Source: Selaginella moellendorffii (lineage: Eukaryota; Plantae; Lycopodiophyta). From it: a DNA stretch of 64,000 nucleotides. The stretch lies in the NCBI RefSeq assembly GCF_000143415.4, contig NW_003314323.1:810499-874498 (forward strand), read 5' to 3'. Within the stretch, counting starts at the first letter, position 1; the number at the start of each line of letters is the position of its first letter. This document shows, one piece after another, positions 47,441 through 61,100 of this stretch. The notes under the pieces are model-generated. The model saw only the letters and a list, made by a program, of their open reading frames with translations, was not told the origin of the DNA and did no database searches. The position numbers and the translations under genes are program-made.

Positions 47441-50400
47441 TTTCTTTCGGGAGTATCATCAAAGGGTTCACTCGGCACCAGTTCATCCAATGTTTACTTT
47501 CCAAGCTCGTTTTTATAACAAAAGGTCTCCTATTATTCTCTCCGTGTTGGTTGATACAGGTTTGAGTTTATCTTCTATTGCTCGACCTGTTGCCACACGT
47601 TGTTGTCTACACTTGCGTCGTGCGGCGGATCCAGTTTTCATTCTTTATGGTAACGGCCGTACACATGCATGTGCACGAGATGAGGCGGACCTGGTTGTGC
47701 GTGTGGGTGATTTCGAGCTTGAGTTGCAGTCGTTGCGGGTGGTGCCGAGTTAAGCTTTTGACCTCATTCTTGGTATGGATTGGTTGCAGCACAATCATGC
47801 CAAGTGTGACTTTGAGGCTTCTCCCCCTTATCTCATACTTCCTTATGTTTCATTCATTCCTCTCACTTTTGTACCTCTTCGTCCCTCTACTTCTACCTCT
47901 GCTTCCATTACTTTTGTTCCCCCACTATTTCCTCCTATGTTTCCATCTTGTTCTGCTCTTCCCTTTTCCGATCCCTCCAATGATCTTTGTGTTGCAGTTG
48001 TTGACCGGCTCATGAAGGAGTATTTTGATCTCTTTGATTTTGACCTATCGTCTGGGGCCAAGATTGCCACACGTCATCCGATTCCAACTGGGGATGCTCG
48101 TCCAATCAAGGTTCCTGCTCATCGTCGGTCACCCAAGGAGATCAAGATTTTACGTGCAAATATCAAGGAGATGTTGGAGAAGGGTGTTATTCGGAAGTCG
48201 TGGAGTCCTTGGGCATGTGAACCTAGTCTTGTGACGAAGCCTGATGGGAGTATTCGTTTCTGCATCGACTATCGTCCGTTAAATGAAGTGACGATCCCGG
48301 ATGTGTACCTTCGTCCTCACACTGCTGATCTCTTGGATCGTCTAGGGCGAAGTCGTTGGTTCACCAAGCTAGATCTTGCTTCTGGGTACTAGCAAGTACC
48401 GATGGCTGCAGAAGATATTCCTAAGACTGCTTTTCGTACACCGTTTGGTTTGTACGAGTTCTTGGTGATGCCGTTTGGTTTGAACAACGCTCCAGCAACT
48501 TTCCAACGGATGATGGACGAGGTTCTTTGTGATATGCCAGAGGTGACTGCCGATTTCATTGATGATGTCTTGATTCACTCAGAGGGGACGTGGGAGGAGC
48601 ACGTTCGTGATGTTTGTAAAGTGTTGGATCGGCTACGCGATGTTGGTTTAAAGCTGAAGCGGTCGAAGTGCGTGTTTGGGTCCAAGGATACAACTTATCT
48701 TGGGTACTATATTTCTTGTGAGGGTTTGCAAGTTGATCATGACAAACTTGTGGTTGTTCTAAAGTTCCCTACTCCGAAATGTGTGAATGATGTGCAGCAC
48801 TTCTTAGGCAAGGTGCAATATCTCGGTCGTTTTGTGAATCATCTTTCTGATCGCACTGCACCATTGCGAGCGTTGCTGAAGTCATCAACATCATCTTTCA
48901 TCTGGTCTCCGGATTGTGAGCGGGCGTTCAGGGATCTCAAAGAGCTATTGACGACTCCTCCGGTTTTGGCATATCCTGACTACACTCGACTTTTTATTTT
49001 GCGTGTGGATGCTTCTGACATTGGTCTTGAAGGTGTGTTGATGCAAGAGAGCTCGAGTGTGCCTGGTCAGCGCCATCCTATTGCATATATAAGTTGTACA
49101 TTACAACCAGCGGAGATGAACTACTCCACGACGGAGAAGGAGTGTTTAGCAGCAGTTTGGGGTTTCGAGAAACTTCATGCATATCTACATGGTTCTCGGA
49201 CGTTACTTGAAGGTGACCATGCTGCTGTAACTTCATTATTGAAGCGGAAGAACCTAGTTGGTCGTACTGCTCGGTGGGCTTTGAAGCTTCAGATATATGA
49301 TTTTGAGGTTGTTCATCGCCCAGGGAGTTCTATGGCTGATGCTGATGCCCTTTCTCGAGCTCCTCTTCCTTCTTCACTCACTTCTCATGTTTCTGACGAG
49401 CCTGTTGTTCCAGCATCTATGGATTTTCTAGACGAGGATTCTGTGCCGTTGGCGGTTGCTGTCCTTAACGTTCAGTGTCCACAAGGCGCAAAGCAGGATC
49501 TACCTTCTCTTGATGATGTTCGCGAGGCTCAAAAGATTGAGCCGTGGATTCAAAGGCTTCGAGATGGGTTTGAGAATCCTGCATCACTTGCTGATGACTT
49601 GCCTTTTCGGCATTTACATTCTCAATATCGCCTTGAAGGTGGCCTTCTTTATTTTGTGGGGACGGATCCTAAGGATCATTTACGGCTGGTGGTGCCTTCT
49701 GTCTTTATTCCGTGGTTTCTCCATGCCTACCATGATTCTCTTGTTCTAGGTGGGCATATGGGACAACGTCGTGTAACCAAGAAGCTGCATAGGTCTTTTT
49801 ATTGGCCGGAGATGCGACGTGATGTTATCCGGTATGTGCGTAGCTGCGTTTGGTGCCAAGCTCGTAATACTCCCCCTCGTGCTGCGGAAGGACGGTTGGA
49901 GTCAATTGCGGTTTCCCGTCCGTTTGAGTTGGTGGCGTTTGATCTTATGGGACCTTTTCCATGGTTAACTGCTGGCAATGAGTATGTTATTATTGCTTCT
50001 GACTACTTGACTCATTGGGTGGAAGTTGGTGCTCTTGCTAGTGCCTCTGCAACTGCTGTTGGCTAATTTCTCCTCAATCGAGTGGTGTTCCAGCATTCTT
50101 GTCTAGAGCGGATTCTTTTAGATAATGGTCCCGCATTTATGGCTGAGGTATTTCATGTTTTGATGTCTCGGTTGGGGATACGCCACACTTTCACGAGTGC
50201 TTATCATCCACAATCAGACAGTCTGGTGGAGCGGCTTGTTCGGACATTCAAAGGGATGATTGCGAAGTATGTGAACTTTCAGCATTCGAATTGGGATGGT
50301 TATTTGCCGTCTCTTCGGTATGCATATGTCATAGGGGTGCAAAGTTCTGTTGGTGCTTCACCATATAAACTCCTATATGGTCATGATCCAATATTACCAA

Positions 50401-50825
50401 CGGAGCTGGGTTTACCTTCGCGATTGCCGCGAGCTGCCGATGCTAGGTCGTGGGATCAGTATTTGACGAGCATTCTTCCACTTGTCCGAGCAGAGTCTGC
50501 CGAACACTTAGGCCACGTACAAGTAGGACAACAATGGCGCTACAACTCTCATCATCGTCCACCTACGGAGTACAAAGTGGATGACTTGGTGTTAGTCCGT
50601 TTTCCCCATCTTACGGTACGTGGTTTATCTAAGAGACTTCTTGCGCAGTGGAAAGGACCGTATCGAGTGTTGCGGCAAGTTGGACCACAAGTTTATAAGG
50701 TTCAGCATGATGTTTAGCAGGCCGATCCTCTAGAGATTGTGCATGTGCAGCGGCTGAAACACTTCGTACAAAGGGATCAGGAGGAGTTAATACCACCTAC
50801 AGATGCACCGATGCCTCCTCCTGAT
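47382..50825 (+). pseudogene. pol: pol (protease, RT, RNase H, integrase) in the -1 frame, with four premature stops
   Basis: LVDTG, FIDD, DAS, H..H..CVWC, D-D-E and WKGPY. Stops at 47751, 48390, 50064 and 50715 all lie in one frame. Confidence 0.92.
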
Positions 50826-51819
50826 TGTAAGCGACTAAATTTTCCATTTTACTTTAGTCACTTAACCACGCCTCCGACCACTTGGAGGAGTCTCATTCAC
50901 AACCTCCATAAGTCCAACTCAGGACTTGGGGCTTGCTAGCCCCGAGAATGGCATCCATGCCACTCAACCTTAGCACTTGGTCCAAGTGCTCCACGTGTCC
51001 GATCCCATGATCGACACCCCAAGGTACCACCGACATATCGGCCCGTTACGCTAAGGCCAATTACCTTGGTCACACTGGGGGTCCAACGCCACCTGCATTC
51101 CCATCCCGTCTCTCAAAGACTAGGTCATTCGTCCATGAGGGATCATCCCAGATCCACTCCTTAACATCCTTAGGATGCCTACAGACATGGGGAATAGCCT
51201 TCCCCAATATCTCTGTTCCGGTCCCCACCAAGTCCCTTTTTGTCCTTGGCTGTGTTCGCCAACACTGCCACTAGATCAAGGCCCACCGGCCCGACCACTA
51301 AGTCCCACTATCCTCTAGGACTTCCTCATTGTGTGACTGTGTCCTTGGTCACCCTACCAGAGGGCTATCCCTCTTCCTTCCCATAGTCTGGGACTTTGGG
51401 ACACCATTTCAGAACACCGTGGCCCTACGCGGGCCTCATGGGTACTCTCCCCGCCTTCCGCCTTTAGATGCTCTAGCCATGGGCTTAGAGCGAGGTTCCG
51501 TTGAGCCACGACAGGTATCCAAGTAGGTAGTGCCACCCACACTTGGACTGGGAGCATTGGCCAGTCGATCTCCCGGGGGAACTAGAGCCGGCTCTTGAAC
51601 ACTTCACCAAGTTACCCCACTTGTCGGTCCGTGTTCACCCTAGTCTTGGACTTCCCAGTGGGCAACTCATCACTCAACACTGGGTCCGGCCTTCCTAGGC
51701 CAAACTGGCCTTTCCTGGCCAAACTAGCTCCACTGCAGTCCTCCCCCTACTATACTTTTGGAGCTCACCAAACCCCCCAGGGTTTGGGAGACGAACGCTT
51801 TGGGCTTTCACCCTCTCAG

Positions 51820-52445
51820 ACTCGAACTCGGACTCGGACTCGGACTCGGACTCGGACTCGGACTCGGACTCGGACTCGGACTCGGACTCGGCCTCGGCCT
51901 CGGCCTCGGTCCCGATCTTCGTCTCGGTCTCGGTCTCGGTCTCGGTCCCGGTCTCGGTCTCGACTTCGGACTCCATCTCGGGTCCATCTTGGACTCCATC
52001 TCGGACTCCATCTCGGGTCCATCTCGGACTCCATCTCGGGTCCATCTCGGGTCCATCTCGGACTCCATCTCGGACTCCATTTTGGGTCCATCTCGGGTCC
52101 ACCTCGGACTCCATCTCGGACTCCATCTCGGGTCCATCTCGGACTCCATCTCGGACTCCATCTCGGGTCCATCTCGGGTCCAGCTCGGACTCCATCTCGG
52201 ACTCCATTTCGGGTCCATCTCGGGTCCACCTCGGACTCCATCTCGGACTCCATCTCGGACTCCATCTCGGGTCCATCTCAGACTCCATCTCGGGTCCATC
52301 TCGGACTCCATCTCGGACTCCATCTCGGACTCCATCTCGGGTCCATCTCGGACTCCATCTCGGGTCCATCTCGGACTCCATCTCGGACTCCAACTCGGGT
52401 CCATCTCGGACTCCACTTCGGACTCCAACTCAAGTCCATCTCGGA
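51820..52445. repeat. minisatellite in the 3' LTR: (GGACTC)n, then 12-bp CTCGGACTCCAT/CTCGGGTCCAT units
   Basis: direct observation. Confidence 0.95.
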
Positions 52446-55400
52446 CACTTCCACGTGTCATGTATTGGTCCTTTTGGGTCCTTTTTTGGAGCCTCGCTTT
52501 TTGCTCGCTTCGTGCTCGTTCCTCGAGCACTTCGTTAGGAGTTCCACTCCCGCTCTTGACTTTTCAAGTCGGAGCTTTTGGTCCAAATGTGTTACGTTCG
52601 TTTGGCTCTTGCTTCAGCCACTACCACGTGGCACCCTTCCGGCTCCACTTTGGGGCCTAGGGATTTTGTGTCTCACAACTCCACCACCCATAGACGAAGT
52701 TCGATGTCCTCATCGAACGGTGAACCATTTTATAAAGTAACACCCGCATGTGTTACCATTTCCATCCTTGGCGCGTAGCCAATATTTGTCAATTGTTTGA
52801 CATTAAAGGCTCACCATGCCTTTTGCATATTCCTCGATGGTTTGACACCAAAGGCTCACCATGCCTTGCCTATCCTCCAAGGAGGGTAGTCTCTCCAACT
52901 TAGAGACTGATTGGACCACATATAGTGGTTCTCTCCTTTTATTGGTTTAGTTCTTGCTAAACCTCTTAGAGACCCTTCTTTAAGTCAATCCCACTACTCC
53001 TTCTTGAGTAGTCTCAATTTCCATTTATTGAACATTTGCACCTTGGAACTTTCACTCTTTTGACTTTTGGAAGTCAATTTCCTAGGTGTCTCCAACACCT
53101 TGCATTGCACAGATTGTGCAATTCCATTTCCCATCCTAGGAAGTTCATTACTTGAGGGCACTATCATCCTCTCTTCTATTTTGTGCCACCTTGGGCACTA
53201 AGTTCCATTTATCATACTTTGTGCTAGGGCTGTCCATGGCCCTATCATTTGGCTACCTTACCGCTCCCTTCCTTGGAGCTTCCATTTTCGCCAAATCGGA
53301 GCAATTCGGAATCCATCCTTGGAAACACACTTCCTTTCCCGCAATTTGTTAGCGTCCAACACATTAGTGTTCCTCGCCTAACTTTGTCACTTGGATTCCT
53401 TCCAAGGGATTCCACGGCCCTATCTTGGCCACTCATCTTTTGCTCCTATCCGTTGATTATTGCACCAAGCAACATCGAATCTCTACCTCCCTCCTTGAGG
53501 TATTCTTTTGATTCCATAGCAAAAGCTCTGCTTTGCCAAGACTAGGGTGTTCACCCCTAGTAAGTCTCTTTTAGCATCTTCTGTTGTGGGCTTTATCCAC
53601 GGCCTAAATTTGTGACCCTCCCATGGGTCTCTTTAGAGACTACTTTCCTTGGACACACTATGCCATCGCAATGACATAACTCATTTCCCTAAGGTGCTTT
53701 TCCCACTTGGTCACCTTGACCAAGCCACACCATCATCAATAGTTCAAATCAACATTTTGAACTAGGAACCTTATTCCTTAACCCAAACAAGAACCTTGTC
53801 CTTATTTAGCCACAAGATCACCTAGTGATCTCACCTCGGCACCTTAACAGGTTTGCCAATAGGTACTAGGTCTTCCAGACCTTTAACTTGTTAACTACAA
53901 CCCCGGGGGCATCCCCCACACTTGGCGGTGCGCCCAAGCCAGCCCTTCCGGCCAAGGGTCCATAGCAACTGAGATTAGGTGTCCCCATCTCACTCACCAC
54001 GTCCTTGGTGCCACTTGCACCAAAGCGTTCAAGTTAGATATGCCGAGCTTTCACACTAAGCAATCTAACCGTGCATCACGACTCCGAGGCATCCCTCGCT
54101 TGGCGGTGTGCCCAAACCAGTCTCCCCACTGAGAGTCCATGACCACCGAAATATGAGTGTCCTCATATTCCAAACCATCACCACGCCCTAGTGATTTGGG
54201 ACTCGAACCCAAGCACTAGAGGGTCGGGACTCGAACCCAACCTCCGTATATGCATCTACGGACGGCATCACACAAGATGCCTGGCGTGACTCCCCACGCC
54301 GGTGCACCAACTTATTTTTAAAGCGCGCTACAGATCATAGCTTAGGAACCTAGTTCCCCCACACTGCCAAGTCCTCTCACTTGACATATCTATGATCATG
54401 CATGGACTCCTCCATGCTTGGCCCCATGGGCCACCCTTTTTGAAGTTAGCACCTTCAACTAGGGTATTTGTTCCCCCCAACTTGCCAATCTCACTTAGCA
54501 AGTCATCCGGCCACCGTAACATGGTTCATGCATAAGCGTGATAGTCCTTAACCATCAACTTTCGTTCAAAGCCTTCTCTTTGAACACTCGGGAACTACTT
54601 CCCTAACCTTGATAGCCTTGCCTCATGGCAAGTTTCAAGACCACGCTTCTGCTGCGCCACTCTGATTTCGCGCGTTCCTTGAACCATTTACGCTTGGCCT
54701 CTCTAGGTACTAAGCTACCTAGAATCCTCTTTGGGAACCTTGAAGGAACTCTGTCCCTCAGCTTGCTAAGGCCCCCCTTTTTGCAAGCTTTCCAATTACC
54801 ATATAGTCTAACATGGACAATTCCATATTTTAGACTCTCCATGGCATCACGGTTGCTAGCGGCAACACCCTCGAGCCCCCACTTGATTCTCCACTCCCAG
54901 CTGGCATAACCAACCTTGGTTATGCCCTTCGATTCCTATGGTTTGGTTCTATCCCCTTACTTCTTGCTTTTGGCTTCACACCTTTCCTTCGGTCATTCTC
55001 CTCCAGACCAGGAGGATAGCTTTGCACTTTCTATCATACCTTAGCAAGTATTCTTAGGGATGAACCTACCCGATAGCCTAGGGAGTGGTTCCTCAATCTT
55101 GGGCATGCTCACCTTATAATCCCACACATCGGGATTAACGTTGCTGCTTATGGGCCTTTACATGCCCATCACTAGCCTTGCCAAAATTCCATTTTTAGCT
55201 TTGTCCAATTCGGGTAGACAGTCTTCTCTTGTCTCCACAACCTTGGACATTTGGATAGCACCTACTATCCATTATTCGCCAGGGACTTAGTCCCTTGGGC
55301 CTTATCTACTGCCCTCGCGACATCAAACACCACCTCCTAGTGTTCTAGAGTGTTCGGGTGTCCCAATGACGGCTTCCTTGACAATGAGTATTTCCTTTTA

Positions 55401-57609
55401 TGACATTGACTTACTATATCGCAACATAAGCAACTTATCCCCCGCAAGGGTATATCTAACTTCTCTATGCCATTAGGAAGGCTTGGGTAGCTACCTTCTA
55501 CCCCTCTTGCTTAGTTGCCTCGTAGTTGTCAAGTTCTACAACTCATTGTTGGTGCTTCCACACCATCGGCTCCACGAGCCTACCTTTATGACACTTCCCC
55601 TTTGTGTTTATGTCTTTGCCAAGACCAACACCGCTCTTTCTCATGCCAACCATCTGTTAGCACTGCACCATAGAGGTCACACACAACTTTGTGTCAAAGT
55701 TGTTTTCTTCTGGAAACACCTTTCCTATAACTTTAGCATGGCACATTTTGCCATCGATGAGATACCCTCTGTTCTCATCCTTGGATCCTATGATCCCCCC
55801 CCATCCTTTGTGGGGTACAACACACCTCAGTCCAAATGCTTTCATCAGTCCTTTTAGGACCATCCCTTGACTCTATTTGAATCATCTAGCAGTTTTGGAC
55901 TTGGTTAATCCATAGACCCGTAAGGTCCTACTTGTGAGGCACTAGCTCACTGGAATACGCTTCTTGCATTCCTGTCCTACTCAGAAAGACTATTTTCACA
56001 AGTGTTACTCTGACACTTGATTTTGTTCTCTGGGGGCAACCTTTGCCCCTTAGGACTACTTGTCCATGTGATGAGAATACCAACTCATCCGCTTAATACA
56101 CCCCCAACTCCTTGGGTTGTTCCAGCATTTATTAGAAGTAGCCCCGGCTACCATTTCAAGGACTCGTGTCCTCATCCACCCTTGACCTCTCACGGTCATC
56201 CATTCCGGTCTCACCTTCATGAGCACCAGCCTCAACTATATGAGGATAAACTTGTGACTCCTTTATTGTTTTTGGAGTCTCTATCTTCCCCGTGATCCCA
56301 ACTATAGTTGTTTACCCCAACTACATTAGCCCGTTTGCTGAGTCAAACGCTTATCTGGATCACCTCCTCAACTCAATGAGGAAAACCTTGCACTGTTCCC
56401 AAGATCCCAAAGTCGTTCCATTATTGGCCCCTTTTCTATCCACCACCTTGTCTACAAGTTCACACATGAACTGTAATGGAGAGCCATGTCTTCCCGACCT
56501 GCTACTCCTCAAGGATAGGCCCACTTCTCGGACCTTCCGTTGCCAACACTAGTGGTGATATATTTAAGCACCAATAAAAGTCGGACTAAGGAACAGCTCC
56601 GATACCAAATTGTAAGCGACTAAATTTTCCATTTTATTTTAGTCACTTAACCACGCCTCCGACCACTTGGAGGAGTCTCATTCACAACCTCCATAAGTCC
56701 AACTCAGGACTTGGGGCTTGCTAGCCCCGAGAATGGCATCCATGCCACTCAACCTTAGCACTTGGTCCAAGTGCTCCACGTGTCCGATCCCATGATCGAC
56801 ACCCCAAGGTACCACCGACATATCGGCCCGTTACGCTAAAGCCATGCCCAATTACCTTGGTCACACTGGGGGTCCAACGCCACCTGCATTCCCATCCCGT
56901 CTCTCAAAGACTAGGTCATCCGTCCATGAGGGATCATCCCAGATCCACTCCTTAACATCCTTAGGATGCCTACAGACATGGGGAATAGCCTTCCCCAATA
57001 TCTCTGTTCCGGTCCCCACCAAGTCCCTTTTTGTCCTTGGCTGTGTTCGCCAACACTGCCACTGGATCAAGGCCCACCGGCCCGACCACTAAGTCCCACT
57101 ATCCTCTAGGACTTCCTCACTGTGTGACTGTGTCCTTGGTCACCCCACCAGAGGGCTATCCCTCTTCCTTCCCACAGTCTGGGACTTTGGGACACCATTT
57201 CGGAACACCGTGGCCCTACGCGGGCCTCATGGGTACTCTCCCCGCCTTCCGCCTTTAGGTGCTCTAGCCATGGGCTTAGAGCGAGGTTCCGTTGAGCCAC
57301 GACAGGTATCCAAGTAGGTAGTGCCACCCACACTTGGACTGGGAGCATCGGCCAGTCGATCTCCCGGGGGAACTAGAGCCGGCTCTTGAACACTTCACCA
57401 AGCTACCCCACTTGTCGGTCCGTGTTCACCCTAGTCTTGGACTTCCCAGTGGGCAGCTCATCACCCAACACTGGGTCCGGCCTTCCTGGGCCAAACTGGC
57501 CTTTCCTGGCCAAACTAGCTCCACTGCAGTCCTCCCCCTACTATACTTTTGGAGCTCACCAAACCCCCTAGGGTCTGGGAGACGAACGCTTTGGGCTTTC
57601 ACCCTCTCA

Positions 57610-58110
57610 GACTCGAACTCGGACTCGGACTCGGACTCGGACTCGGACTCGGGCTCGGGCTCGGTCTCGGTCCCGATCTTCATCTCGGTCTCGGTCTCGG
57701 TCCCGGTCTCGGTCTCGACTTCGGACTCCATCTCGGGTCCATCTCAGACTCCATCTCGGACTTCATCTCGGACTCCATCTTGGACTCCATCTCGGACTCC
57801 ATCTCGGGTCCATCTCGGACTCCATCTCGGACTCCATCTCGGGTCCATCTCGGGTCCATCTCGGACTCCATCTCGGACTCCATTTCGGGTCCATCTCGGG
57901 TCCACCTCGGACTCCATCTCGGACTCCATCTCGGGTCCATCTCGGACTCCATCTCGGGTCCATCTCGGACTCCATCTCGGACTCCATCTCGGACTCCAAC
58001 TCGGGTCCATCTCGGACTCCATCTCGGGTCCATCTCGGACTCCATCTCGGACTCCAACTCGGGTCCATCTCGGACTCCACTTCGGACTCCAACTCGAGTC
58101 CATCTCGGAC
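57610..58110. repeat. the same minisatellite in the 5' LTR, shorter array
   Basis: direct observation. Confidence 0.95.
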
Positions 58111-61100
58111 ACTTCCACGTGTCATGTATTGGTCCTTTTGGGTCCCTTTTTGGAGCCTTGCTTTTTGCTCGCTTCGTGCTCGTTCCTCGAGCACTTCGTT
58201 GGGAGTTCCACTCCTGCTCTTGACTTTTCAAGTCGGAGCTTTTGGTCCAAACGTGTTATGCTCGTTTGGCTCTCACTTCGGCCACTACCACGTGGCGCCC
58301 TTCCGGCTCCACTTTGGGGCCTAGGGATTTTGTGTCTCACACTGATGTTCCTCCAAATCCCGGCCCATCTACAAGAGAACCCTGATGGTCTTCCATTATT
58401 CCGAGAGGAAGGGATGATGTGAGGGCCAAGTGTACGGTTACGATGCCGTATACTAATATTAGCTTAGTGGGATTTTGGTAGCCATCAGATTGGTTTCAGT
58501 CCGGACCACTCGCTCCTATATATAAGCTAGGGTTTTTGGGCTAATTGATATGCACATTTTCTGTATTCCCTTTCCATATTCCAAGCACTCACACATGTTA
58601 ATAACTTATAAAGATAATATAGTAGTGTTTAGGAAAGTATATAAATTATAATACAATATTAATATAGATAAATAACAACTGTTCGATATTAGATGATAAA
58701 ATATCCAAGAATACCAAAGCATATTCTAGAAATATCCCCTACAAACAGATTTTTATTGTTACATGATGTAATTATAGACTAGTGGCTTTTTTTATAGAAA
58801 CAAAAAACATGTGGTTTAAATTATAAACATTGACAAATCAAAAAGAGAGATAAGAAAAATACCATTATATAGCATTATATTTAAAGAGCAACATTACATA
58901 TAACAAATCATGAATAAAATATTCCAACATTTTATTGTGTAAAAATGCCTATAGCAGCGAGAATTCTCTTCTCACCCTCATATGGAGTTCCATCTCATCT
59001 TTCTCTATGATATGCTCATGAAAAATATTAAAAGCATCAATATTTTTTTCTATAATGTCTTTGGATATGTAAAGTAATGGTAATAAGTATTACAGAGATT
59101 TAATTCTACTATTAAAAATTACCACATTGATAACATAATAGTTCTTCTTTTTATCCATATGCACTAGAATCTATCAATGTGTGCATCAAATTTTGTATCT
59201 AGAAGATAGTAATCCAGTCCTTTATATAGATTAAACAACACATTTGGTATATTTGTTTACTTCATTTCAAGAAAATTTAATCATTGTTGAATCTTGTTAA
59301 GGCTATGCATATACATAATTTCTACATGAACATTGCACTAAGAGCTTAAATATTTATTTAGCATAAAAAAAGTTATAGTTGAAATTGAGAAAAAGATTAC
59401 TCATAAATGTTTTCATATTATATATCCTCATCTCTTAACATTGCAAGATTACTCTAATGTGTTGAAATAAAAATGCTGTGCAACTTCAAATGACTTTTTG
59501 AAGGTATATAGATGTGTGTAGCATGTACATAGTTTTCTTTACATAGTCCACATCTTAATTGTAACAACTTTATCAATGTGTTTCTCAAATATTAAAAGAT
59601 TTAATTAACTCTTTGTTAATATGATAAAATGTTGCATGCTTCTTCAACTCCCTATTTTCTTATAGAAGTTCCAAACAACACTTTAATTTATAAAAAATTT
59701 AATTCCTAATAACCATCTAGTATTCAAAGCCTTACAAAAAGAAGTTTTATAGCTTTATCCATCATTTCTCTAGCAATGATGCTCTTCCATAGTAGCCAAG
59801 ATCTTATGAATTGTTTTCCATTCTTAGTCATCCCATCTCAAAGGTATTTAAAAAAAATATTTTCAACTGTCTTTTATTTGAATCGAATGAAGATCCAACT
59901 TATATATTACTTCTAATAAGTCTTCCTTTGTAAGAAGAAATTTCATATAATATTAAAGATCTATTTATTTTGAGATTTTTCTCCTTTTACCTATATTACC
60001 TTTTCACTAGATCGTATGTAAGAAAAATGAACTATTTGAGTATAAACATTAGTGACAAGATTAACAATGAGACAATGCAAGGAGGTCAAAGATCTCATGA
60101 TAATGATCAAGAATTACCTTGACAACACTTAATTCAAGAAGAGTTTCTAGCTAAATACTAGCAAAGGGTGTATAAGGAATAACTTGATAAATAGTTTATT
60201 AAAGCTTAAATATAGAGAAAAAGGGTTTATGAATATAGATAAATATTTGATCTTATATATCTTCCTAGAAAGAGTAGAAGAGGGAAGTTTAAGTGAAATG
60301 AAATTATGTTTAAGTTTAGGCATCCAAATAAGAAAGACTCGACCTAGGTGAGAAGTAATTAGGAACAATTATAAAATCATGTAGTATATAAGTAGCACTT
60401 AAATGTGTTAAAAAACAACCCCCATTCATTATTGTATGCATTTGTATTAAATTAACTATCTTTCCTCCCACTTATGACTATTAGTGCAAAATAGAGTTGA
60501 GAGTGATATATGCTTATTTTTACTCACACTTTTGAGGTTTAAGATTGAGATTTATATTATTTTTTATGTTCTTATTTTCTTCTCCTATATTTTCATCTCT
60601 ATTTATTTGTCATTGTTTTGTAAGCTGGGGTGAGAACATGAGTACAAGTAGAAAAAGCTTTACCCATAGCCTTTTTTTTAACTTCAGACACTTGAGATTA
60701 AAGATGCTTAAGTTTTAGTAGTATTGGGTTGAGTGGCATCTTGAAAAATTTAAATTTAAAAGTTTATTTTGAATTTAAACTTCTCAAGAGGTCATCCAAC
60801 TCAATACTGCTAAAACATTTATTTTTATAAAGTGTTAAGATTGCAAGATTTTCAATATATAAATTTACAAGGAAATATGATAAATTATAAACAAAAACTT
60901 TGAAAGATAATCCATTCAAATTCAAATATATAAAGAAAATGTTAATGAACAAAAATGAACCCCATTTTTTATATTATTAGGTTAGATAACCTTAAGGAAG
61001 TCAAAATTCAAAACGTTACATGGTGCTTCATTTGTACTTTATAAACTTTTTCTCTCATAATTCTCACCAAGGATTATCATATCACATTTGATCTACCCCA

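Larger units (their letters stand above)
50826..58341 (-). mobile_element. nested non-autonomous (LARD-like) LTR retrotransposon
   Basis: LTRs 50826-52677 and 56611-58341; TSD CTGAT at 50821-50825 and 58342-58346; tRNA-Met PBS (GCTCCGATACCA on +, 56596-56607); PPT next to 52678; 3.9-kb internal region without long ORFs. Confidence 0.93.
46064..58593 (+). mobile_element. Ty3/gypsy LTR retrotransposon without chromodomain, full length, interrupted by a nested element
   Basis: 176-bp LTRs 46064-46239 and 58418-58593; TSD CATG; PBS TGGTGGAGATG at 46241; PPT GAGAGGAAGGGATGA; domain order gag-PR-RT-RH-INT. Confidence 0.95.

Noticed and set aside
51960-52445. CRISPR-like array
   Set aside because: Contiguous 12-bp units without unique spacers, eukaryotic context, no cas genes
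51595-52740. Long ORFs on both strands (also 57334-58422), including RS/GL-repeat proteins
   Set aside because: Artefacts of stop-free 6- and 12-bp minisatellites inside LTRs
58700-60100. Possible hAT-like transposase relic on the minus strand
   Set aside because: Only hints of motifs in very AT-rich, stop-laden DNA; cannot be supported without a translated search
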